Positions 56,888-64,000 of a stretch of 64,000 bases of DNA are shown piece after piece. The translations under genes and the position numbers were made by a program. The stretch is from Candidatus Omnitrophota bacterium. Its GTDB lineage: Bacteria; Omnitrophota; Gorgyraeia; 2-02-FULL-51-18. The notes under the pieces are model-generated. The model searched no databases and had not been told where the DNA came from. It saw nothing but the letters and a program-made list of their open reading frames with translations. Position 1 is the first letter of the stretch, and each line of letters begins with the position of its first letter. Location: assembly GCA_945877765.1 (NCBI GenBank), contig CAMDWQ010000004.1, forward strand, positions 44,558 through 108,557, written 5' to 3'.

Positions 56888-58195
56888 CTATTTTCTAGGC
56901 TCCCTTTTCTTAGACGGCGCTGGCTCCTGCTTGCGCGTCCAGAGATCTTTCAGAACCCAATAAGCTTCTTTGGGAATTCGCTCATTGATGCCGCTTTTTT
57001 TATTTTTTGGACCTTGGCCTACCACGCCCCACCACTCCTCATTCATATTCATGGAGTCGACACCCTTGGCGTCGGAATAATACGAAGCGTTGTGCCAGTG
57101 GCCCGCGGTGTCGTGAACAGACCATGTATGAGGAAGATTTTCATTCCCTTTCCACCATTCGTCCATCCATTCAAAAATCACCCCTCCCAAGCAGTTGCCC
57201 ACCCCTTTTTTGCCGCTGGTGTTTCTTTCGATGTCCTGCCACTGATACTTCAAAAAATCCGCCTGACTGGCTTCATCGGGTTCTTGGGTAGAGGCGTTGA
57301 AGCTATCCGCGCCCCACTCCGTCATCATCACGGGAATATCAAATTTTTGCTTGATCTGACGAAAAAGGTTGCCAAAACCAGACCCCCGGTAAGCAATCAT
57401 CGCCAGGACGTCGATATCCGGGCAAACCGGCTTTGCCAGATCCAGACTGGACACTTCGCCCACACCCATGGACACCGGATGTTTTGGGTCAATTTTTTTG
57501 ATCTCCTTGGCCAGATCATTCACAAAAGAATAATAGATTTTTGCTTTTTGACGCCGCTGTTCTTGGGGGTCCTCAATTTTATCAATCTCGTCGCTGGTCC
57601 AGCGCTGAACGTTTAAATCAAAGCTGTAGTTATTTTCATTCCCCAAAACCCACATCAACACGCCCGGATGATCCTTGTAGACACGCACCATTTCCAATAC
57701 CTCGTCACGAATCTTTTGTCGAAATTCCTCATCCGTATAATTAGGGGCGGGCCAATTCCAAAAACCAAGATAATGCCCCACTAAAAAATAGATCCCATGC
57801 CGGTAGTGAAGGTCATCAAAAACCTCTTTGACTTCACGCGGATTTTTACCCAAGCGGTAAAAACGAACCGTATTCACGCCCATTTCTTTCATCAACTTTC
57901 CATCGGTAAGCCAGGGCTTGGCTGGATCTCCCCAAAAATTGTACTCGTAATCTTTGCCAATGGGCACAGGGGAATAACAAACACCGCGAATCATAAACGG
58001 TTTGCCATTCACTAAAAGTTTATCGCCGTCCGCCGGGCTTCGCTGGATCTTGATATCCGGAACTTGTTTGGATCGGAAATATTGACTACCGTAATAGAAA
58101 ATAAAAAGGGCGGCGCAAACCGCTATCGTCAAAACTAAAATCGAGGTTGTTTTTTTCAAAAAAAATCCCTTAAGTAAAAAAGACAGCGATAGCAA
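56888..58195 (-). CDS. Membrane-anchored clan GH-A (GH2/GH5-like TIM barrel) glycoside hydrolase
   Basis: N-terminal TM anchor. LLVNGKPFMIRGVCY (GH2-type barrel entry). VLGNENNY candidate acid/base. MTEWGADS candidate nucleophile. Confidence 0.6.
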   Translation of the reverse strand: MLSLSFLLKGFFLKKTTSILVLTIAVCAALFIFYYGSQYFRSKQVPDIKIQRSPADGDKLLVNGKPFMIRGVCYSPVPIGKDYEYNFWGDPAKPWLTDGKLMKEMGVNTVRFYRLGKNPREVKEVFDDLHYRHGIYFLVGHYLGFWNWPAPNYTDEEFRQKIRDEVLEMVRVYKDHPGVLMWVLGNENNYSFDLNVQRWTSDEIDKIEDPQEQRRQKAKIYYSFVNDLAKEIKKIDPKHPVSMGVGEVSSLDLAKPVCPDIDVLAMIAYRGSGFGNLFRQIKQKFDIPVMMTEWGADSFNASTQEPDEASQADFLKYQWQDIERNTSGKKGVGNCLGGVIFEWMDEWWKGNENLPHTWSVHDTAGHWHNASYYSDAKGVDSMNMNEEWWGVVGQGPKNKKSGINERIPKEAYWVLKDLWTRKQEPAPSKKREPRK

Positions 58196-58242
58196 AACAA
58201 AGAAAAATCTCTTTAATTTGCTATCGCTGTCTTATGATTCAA

Positions 58243-58836
58243 TTATTCGAACTTAATATCGTCAATGTAAAACGTAGCGCCTTCCGGATTCACATCCAGA
58301 TTGGTCGCCCAGCAAAATCCGCCGCTGATTGAGGAAAGATCTTTTCCGCTCAAATCAATGGTGAACTGCTGCCATTCGGTCGTCAGGACCACGGGTCCAA
58401 TGCCGGCCACATCCGAATCGGCGTACTCGCCGGTGATGCCGCCAATCTTGAACTCCTCAATCCTCTCACCGCCCTTTTCACCGCGAACCCAAAAAGTCAG
58501 CTTCGTAGCGCCGGTAAGATCATAACCGCCGGGCCTGGTTCCCCAATTGTTTGGGGGATTCTGCCAATAGATACCCGCCCAACGCGCACCTTGAGTCGCC
58601 TTATTGGTATAGATAAACTGCACCGACGTACTGCCGCCGTGTGGATTGGTCAGATACTTATCGTTCATCTTGATATCACCATAATCCCCCATCCAGCCCG
58701 AGGGAATGTAATGATTGTCTGGAGATTTGGCATCCGTATATACAGGGAAAGTTTTAAAAACACCTTCCGCTGCATAAGCAACCGCGCCAAAGCTGACAAA
58801 CGCCGCTAACACTAGCACGAGCAACTTTGCTTTCAT
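58243..58836 (-). CDS. Secreted carbohydrate-binding-module-like (galactose-binding-like beta-sandwich) protein
   Basis: Signal peptide. Aromatic-rich beta-sandwich pattern. C-terminal FYIDDIKFE typical of CBM ends. Confidence 0.45.
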   Translation of the reverse strand: MKAKLLVLVLAAFVSFGAVAYAAEGVFKTFPVYTDAKSPDNHYIPSGWMGDYGDIKMNDKYLTNPHGGSTSVQFIYTNKATQGARWAGIYWQNPPNNWGTRPGGYDLTGATKLTFWVRGEKGGERIEEFKIGGITGEYADSDVAGIGPVVLTTEWQQFTIDLSGKDLSSISGGFCWATNLDVNPEGATFYIDDIKFE

Positions 58837-58929
58837 ATTTCCTCCTTATTCGTGATTGTAATCCTAAAATAAACCAGACCTCAGTAGCAACCTGATTTCT
58901 AGATTTATTCAACCGTTCCCTAAATTACT

Positions 58930-60930
58930 TTATTTCTCGTTCCAAACTTTCTTAAAATAATGATATGACTTTCGCAGCTGTCTTAAGTACGGAGATTGAC
59001 TGCCGTCCCCTTGGCTAGCCACGCCAAGCCACTCTTCGTGCATCCATCCATCCGGAAAAGCGGCGGCAAAATCACCGATGGTTTCATGATCCGAAGGACT
59101 AAACTTTGGCGGAAGGCCTGATTTCCACCATTCATCGACATATTCAAAAAGAACGCCGCCAATCGCATTGCCTAGGCCAGAACCGGCGGAATTGTAAACC
59201 ATATCCTCCCAATTGCCGCGATGATACTCCATCTGCTTTTCTTCAGCGTAGTCCTGATCCTTGCCGCTAACATACGCAGGACAGCCAAATTCGGTAAAAA
59301 GGGCCGGCTTGTCCATCCAGTGACGCACATCAGACCAAAACGAGCGCCCAAATCCAAAAGACCCGCGATAAACATTGGAGCCAAAAATATCGATATTACT
59401 GCTGTTTTGGCTCAAAATATCGATGGTTACGACTTCTCCGTTGGAGAAACCCACCGGCCTCGTAGGGTCCAGCGATTTTATCATGCCGGCAACTTGATTG
59501 ACAAACTCATAATGCGCTTGGGGCTGTTTTTTGGCATTGCTTCCCAAACCGGCTTTATTGGACTTAGGATCCGGATCTCCCACCTCCCCATAATTGGACT
59601 CGTTGCCGAGCATCCACATCAGGACATAAGGCTCGTCTTTGTATTCTTCTATCATTTTTTTGACGCTGTTAATCATGTTTTCTTTATGTTTTGGATTTGT
59701 ATAATCCGTACCTTCATACCAACCGGCGCCGCTTCCCGCCGCATACATCCCTAACATATCGCCCATGATGACGTTGATTCCATAGTCTTTGTAGAGTTCT
59801 CTCATGAGCTCTTTGTTTCCGGCGTGATGATAAAGGCGGATCGTGTTGACACCCATTTCTTTCATCAGCTGGAAATCACCCACCACCGGCTCATCGGCAT
59901 CCTGTTGGTTATTTTTATTTTTATCGACCCAAGCGTCGTAGGGTCCGTCAGCTTTTCCGTTTTTGTTAAGATCCGCGCTCATCCAATCGTTGTTGGGATC
60001 AAAATTACCCTCGTTGGGAGAGCGGCCGATCGGTGACGGGGCATACGCAATCGCCTTGACCATAAACGGCTTGCCGTCGACACGCAGCTGCCAGTGTTGA
60101 TTTTCAAATTTGACCAACTGGGCACGTCCTGTGCCTACGGTTTTGATAATTTTAAGCTTTGTAATGTCCACGCGTTTTGACTTTAGCTCAGAGGGATTGA
60201 CCTTGACGAGCTTGCCGGGATTGACAAAATAGAGGTCATCGTTGGTATCAAAATTGAAGCCATTTTCAATCCTGATTTCCGCGCCGCTCAGTTGGATGCC
60301 AAGCTCCGGATGTTTGCGTGTCAAATAATCAACACGGTCATGCGCCAACCGTGACATGTAAAGCGGTGTATGCCAAAAACTCCATCCCACCTGGCGGGGA
60401 AAATGCACAAGAATCGCGTGATAGGCCTTGATGGCCTGCGCTGTCTGTCCCAACTTCTCAAGCGAGAGTGCTGTATAAAATTGCTGTACCGCTGGTGTGT
60501 CGCTGGTCGTTGCCCATTTATAAAATGCCAGCTGCTGGTCATCCCGATTGACATAATCCCAGGCGCTTCCCCTTAACTTGCCCCGAGTAACCAGTAGGCG
60601 AAAAACCGGATCTTTGAAAACGGAGACATTAGGGTAAACACCTTCTCCCACCGCCGCCGCAAGACTTTTACGTTGCGTCATCTTGTAAGCGTACTTATCC
60701 GTACCCAGGCCTTCAAAAGTTCCGTATTTTTCATAATCAATAAAAGTTTCACTGCCGGGATCAAAAAGTTTAAACTCTACTTCCATTTGCTCGCCGTGAG
60801 AATTCATCACTTGGGTGCCGGATTCAGCGGCTACAACGGATGGTTTTTTTGAGACTTCGGAGGCAAAAGCAGGGACTTGTAAAAGAATAAATAAAGCCAG
60901 CACAAACGTTCCAAATTTGATGCGAATCAT
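58930..60930 (-). CDS. Secreted clan GH-A TIM-barrel glycoside hydrolase paralog with about 290-aa N-terminal extension
   Basis: LRVDGKPFMVKAIAY, WMLGNESNY and LFTEFGCPA parallel the 435-aa paralog. Confidence 0.6.
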   Translation of the reverse strand: MIRIKFGTFVLALFILLQVPAFASEVSKKPSVVAAESGTQVMNSHGEQMEVEFKLFDPGSETFIDYEKYGTFEGLGTDKYAYKMTQRKSLAAAVGEGVYPNVSVFKDPVFRLLVTRGKLRGSAWDYVNRDDQQLAFYKWATTSDTPAVQQFYTALSLEKLGQTAQAIKAYHAILVHFPRQVGWSFWHTPLYMSRLAHDRVDYLTRKHPELGIQLSGAEIRIENGFNFDTNDDLYFVNPGKLVKVNPSELKSKRVDITKLKIIKTVGTGRAQLVKFENQHWQLRVDGKPFMVKAIAYAPSPIGRSPNEGNFDPNNDWMSADLNKNGKADGPYDAWVDKNKNNQQDADEPVVGDFQLMKEMGVNTIRLYHHAGNKELMRELYKDYGINVIMGDMLGMYAAGSGAGWYEGTDYTNPKHKENMINSVKKMIEEYKDEPYVLMWMLGNESNYGEVGDPDPKSNKAGLGSNAKKQPQAHYEFVNQVAGMIKSLDPTRPVGFSNGEVVTIDILSQNSSNIDIFGSNVYRGSFGFGRSFWSDVRHWMDKPALFTEFGCPAYVSGKDQDYAEEKQMEYHRGNWEDMVYNSAGSGLGNAIGGVLFEYVDEWWKSGLPPKFSPSDHETIGDFAAAFPDGWMHEEWLGVASQGDGSQSPYLRQLRKSYHYFKKVWNEK

Positions 60931-60934
60931 GGAT

Positions 60935-61795
60935 TTAACCTTTGACTGCTCCAGCGGTGATACCCTTAATTATATGCTTTTGTAGCAAAAGGTAAACAAC
61001 TAAAACGGGAAGCACGGTAATCACAATCCCGGCCATGAGCAGCGGATACTGTGTGATATGAGCCCCTTGAAATACCATAAGGCCTCTTTGAAGCGGCATA
61101 AGTTGTTTGGATGAAAGGACTAACATCGCAAGGAGGTATTCATTCCACACCGCCAAAATATTAAAAATGGCTAGCACTGCCAGCGCCGGTCGTGCCAGGG
61201 GAAGAGCAATGTGCCAGTAAATACGAAAGCGGCCGCACCCATCAATCGCAGCGGAATCCTCAAGTTCTTTTGGAAGATCATCAAAAAAAGTTTTTAATAA
61301 AAAAATGCCTAACGCCAGGCCGCCGTTTATTTGGGGCAAAATATAGCCCAACTGGTGGTCGACTAAGTGCAATTTATTTAGCAGAACGTAGAGCGCGATA
61401 AACGATCCGGGAATCGGAATCATCATCGTCGAAATAAGAATCAAGAATAAAACATTTTTTCCATAAAATTGAAGTCTTGAAAAAGCATAGGCCGCCATGG
61501 AGGCAACGAAGAGCACTCCTACCACAACCACCACGGTATAAAAAAGGCTGTTTAAAAAATAAATGCTAAAATCCGCTTTTGCCCAAGCGTAATAGTAATT
61601 TTCCCACTGAGGGTTTTTAGGAAATAAGCTTAAATCGTTGAAAACAGTTTGTTGGGTTTTGAGGCTGGAGGCAAACGCCCACCAAAGAGGAAAAAGACAG
61701 CTAAGGGATACAATCGCAAGGAAGCAGTGGATAAAAAAACTAATGGTGCCTTTTTTTACTTTTTCATAATTGACTTCCATCATTCCTGCCCTCAT
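60935..61795 (-). CDS. Carbohydrate ABC transporter permease (MalG/UgpE-like)
   Basis: EAA-like loop. Six TM helices. 286 aa. Confidence 0.85.
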   Translation of the reverse strand: MRAGMMEVNYEKVKKGTISFFIHCFLAIVSLSCLFPLWWAFASSLKTQQTVFNDLSLFPKNPQWENYYYAWAKADFSIYFLNSLFYTVVVVVGVLFVASMAAYAFSRLQFYGKNVLFLILISTMMIPIPGSFIALYVLLNKLHLVDHQLGYILPQINGGLALGIFLLKTFFDDLPKELEDSAAIDGCGRFRIYWHIALPLARPALAVLAIFNILAVWNEYLLAMLVLSSKQLMPLQRGLMVFQGAHITQYPLLMAGIVITVLPVLVVYLLLQKHIIKGITAGAVKG

Positions 61796-62682
61796 CAGAC
61801 CTGCCTCATCATTTTAGAAACACGAATCTGAATCATGGAAATAGCCAGTAGAATCAAGCCAAAAACCACACCCATCGCGCACGCATAACCAAATTTGGAC
61901 GATCCGATCATCATGGCGACGATGCGCGTGATAGGAACCTCCGTGTGATAACCGGGACCGCCTCCCGTCGTTGAAATGATAATATCGAAAATTTGCATCG
62001 TCCCGAGAATGGTCAAAATAGAAACAAGAATAAACACGGGGATCATGAGCGGCGCTGTGATTCGCTTGAAAACAATCCACGAGTTGGCACCGTCCACACG
62101 CGCCGCCTCATAAAGTTCACGCGGAATACTCTGAAGCCCCGCCAGAAGAATTACAAATCCCCAGCCAAAACCTTTCCACATATGGATTACGGACACAGAA
62201 ATAAGTGCTGTCTGGGGGTCAGAAAGCCAGGCGCGCGTGAGATTGCCAAGCCCAATAAAAGTCAGAAAATGATTTAACAGGCCGTAATTTCCGTCGTAAA
62301 TCCAGTTCCATATAAGACCCACTACAATTCCCGAAAGCACTGGGGGTAGATAAAAAATGACACGGTAAACATTTCCTCCCCGTATATCACGGTCACACAA
62401 AAAAGCCAGAAGCAGTGCCAAGGAATTTTGAACCACCAATGCCAAGAAAGTCACATAAAACGCATTTTTCATTGAATGCCAAAAAACAGGGTTGTCCATC
62501 AAGAGATCTTTAAAGTTGTCCAACCCAACAAAAGGCGCTACCGGGGAGATACCATCCCACGAAGTGGTCGAAAGCTGAAAAACCTTGAAAAAAGGATACG
62601 CTGAAAAAATAATAAAAAAAAGAAACGCGGGAAGGATAAATAGATAGCCGCCCAGGAGCGTTCGAATTTTTTGAAAATTCAT
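61795..62682 (-). CDS. Carbohydrate ABC transporter permease (MalF/UgpA-like)
   Basis: 295 aa. Overlaps the downstream permease by 1 nt. Confidence 0.85.
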   Translation of the reverse strand: MNFQKIRTLLGGYLFILPAFLFFIIFSAYPFFKVFQLSTTSWDGISPVAPFVGLDNFKDLLMDNPVFWHSMKNAFYVTFLALVVQNSLALLLAFLCDRDIRGGNVYRVIFYLPPVLSGIVVGLIWNWIYDGNYGLLNHFLTFIGLGNLTRAWLSDPQTALISVSVIHMWKGFGWGFVILLAGLQSIPRELYEAARVDGANSWIVFKRITAPLMIPVFILVSILTILGTMQIFDIIISTTGGGPGYHTEVPITRIVAMMIGSSKFGYACAMGVVFGLILLAISMIQIRVSKMMRQV

Positions 62683-62726
62683 GAAAAAGTCCTAATGGCG
62701 CACCCTTTTGTTTTGGGTCTTAAAGC

Positions 62727-63962
62727 TTATTTAGCGTTTTTAGCCAGTTCTTTTTCTTTGGTCTTTTGAACGTTCTGAGCCACTTCATCGGGAGTCTTTT
62801 CCCCGATCAGGATGGACTGAATACCTTTATTAAAGGCCTCGGTGACTTCCGGATACTCGTGCACAGGATACACATTGGGATGTGTTGCATTATCCATGTC
62901 GTCGGCAAACCCGGACAAAATCGGCGATATATGCTGCAAGCTAGCTTTGACGGAGGGTAGATTTTCCGTCGCTTGAGACAAATAGGACTGCTGTTTTTCA
63001 GCGGTAAGCCAGCGTAAAAATGTGACTGCCCCGTCGCGTCGCGGAGATCCGTTGTTCACCACCAATGAGCCGCCTGCTCCGCCCCACACTCTGATAGGGT
63101 AAGCGCTTGAAACGGCTGGCGGCGGAATCGGCGCATATTCCAAACCAGGATTCATCCCTTTGTAAACATTCACGCACCAGGAACCGTTGAACGCATAAGT
63201 CGCGCGCTCATTGGCAAACGTCTGCTCGGCCGTTTTGTTAACCATGGTGACTGCGCCTTCTACCAAAATCTTCTCATCAGCCATCTGCTTAAATAAGGAC
63301 AATACCTTAATCCAATCCGGATCGTTATAGGAAACCTTGCCTTCGTAGGTAGCAAAAACTTTTTTCTCACCCATGATGTTCATCGCCCAGTTAGAAGCAA
63401 GCGCATCAATCATCCAGATTTCGCCGAAACCCGAAACAAAACCAGGAAGACCGCTTTTTTTGAGCGCGCGATTATGCTCGATAAACTCATCCCAGGTACG
63501 AGGAGGATTGTTGGGATCCAATCCCGCTTTCGCATAAAGTTTTTTATTGTAAACCATCTGAATCGTGCTGGCATCCAGCGGGATTCCATAAATACCCGGC
63601 TCAATACCAAATTCATTACCCTGAGCAAATTCGTTAACCGCCAAAGCCTTTGCAAAAAAAGAATTTTTCCATACATCAGTCTCGTTTCCGAGCTTGGCGC
63701 TAAGCTCCTCGTTTAAATTTTTGACATAGCCGGAGCGGATAAAGCTGGCAAAATCTCTTTTTTCTCCGAGAATTCCATAAATATCAGGAAGCGTGCCGGT
63801 CTGCGCGGAAGCCTTCACCCTTTGGGCATAAGCTTCGGAGGGAGCGAAAAGCTCAAGCTTCACCTTCACTTGAGTCTCATTTTCAAAACGATTGACTAGT
63901 TCATTCAAGGCATCCTCACGGTCGGACATCCAATGCCACACCGTGATGCTCTTCGAATTCAA
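62727..63962 (-). CDS. Extracellular solute-binding protein, family 1 (sugar ABC importer)
   Basis: 411 aa SBP_bac_1-like. Aromatic-rich. Confidence 0.8.
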   Translation of the reverse strand: MNSKSITVWHWMSDREDALNELVNRFENETQVKVKLELFAPSEAYAQRVKASAQTGTLPDIYGILGEKRDFASFIRSGYVKNLNEELSAKLGNETDVWKNSFFAKALAVNEFAQGNEFGIEPGIYGIPLDASTIQMVYNKKLYAKAGLDPNNPPRTWDEFIEHNRALKKSGLPGFVSGFGEIWMIDALASNWAMNIMGEKKVFATYEGKVSYNDPDWIKVLSLFKQMADEKILVEGAVTMVNKTAEQTFANERATYAFNGSWCVNVYKGMNPGLEYAPIPPPAVSSAYPIRVWGGAGGSLVVNNGSPRRDGAVTFLRWLTAEKQQSYLSQATENLPSVKASLQHISPILSGFADDMDNATHPNVYPVHEYPEVTEAFNKGIQSILIGEKTPDEVAQNVQKTKEKELAKNAK

Positions 63963-64000
63963 ATTTTTTTGCTTATGGCTTTCACCGGAGCAGCCGGTAA

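Noticed and set aside
55263-59754. Several 70-250-aa plus-strand ORFs (55263..55823, 56873..57616, 59221..59754 and others) opposite the PilZ and GH-A genes
   Set aside because: All are antisense to long motif-supported minus-strand genes. They have no start context and carry biased His/Arg/Pro composition.

Overview
This is a 64 kb window from a diderm (Gram-negative-type) bacterium with GC of roughly 47-48%. Coding is dense and mostly on the minus strand. All calls below come from reading the sequence and the ORF track; no searches were run, and hand-derived coordinates may be off by a base or two. Housekeeping content: the 3' end of the nuo operon (nuoL C-terminus, nuoM, nuoN), rlmI, a YacP-like NYN gene, cca, a peroxiredoxin, a PfkB kinase, a GT39/ArnT-like glycosyltransferase, NUDIX, an ABC-2 exporter, glutaredoxin, rluB, typA/bipA, dus, greA, maf, a HI0933-type flavoprotein, a dacA-like gene, livFGMHK, gltX, and tRNA-Glu(CUC), tRNA-Gln(CUG) and tRNA-Leu(GAG). 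Accessory content falls into four groups. (1) A small defence islet directly downstream of tRNA-Glu carrying a NYN/LabA gene, AbiEi-AbiEii, an unknown 144-aa gene and DinJ-YafQ. (2) Two giant GH94-like glycoside-phosphorylase paralogs bracketing tRNA-Gln, tRNA-Leu and gltX. (3) A roughly 19 kb co-directional minus-strand surface locus (63962 down to 45182). It encodes a sugar ABC importer, two clan GH-A TIM-barrel hydrolase paralogs, a CBM-like protein, a PilZ-TM-coiled-coil-(alpha/alpha)6-like fusion, a 909-aa OM beta-barrel ending in Phe, four SCPU (spore-coat-protein-U / Csu-pilin type) proteins including a triple-domain one, a PapD-like chaperone candidate, and a 974-aa OM protein with a CpaC-N-like domain, a beta-barrel and three SdrD-B/Cna-B repeats. 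Two further small secreted proteins converge on it from the plus strand. I read this as a candidate previously undescribed archaic chaperone-usher-like fibre system coupled to c-di-GMP sensing and glycan-active enzymes. (4) Two families of MITE-like intergenic hairpin repeats: a ~70-bp double-hairpin element in four copies with compensatory stem changes, and a ~120-bp element with 22-bp terminal inverted repeats (TIRs) in two copies. No rRNA, CRISPR array, integrase or transposase was recognisable.
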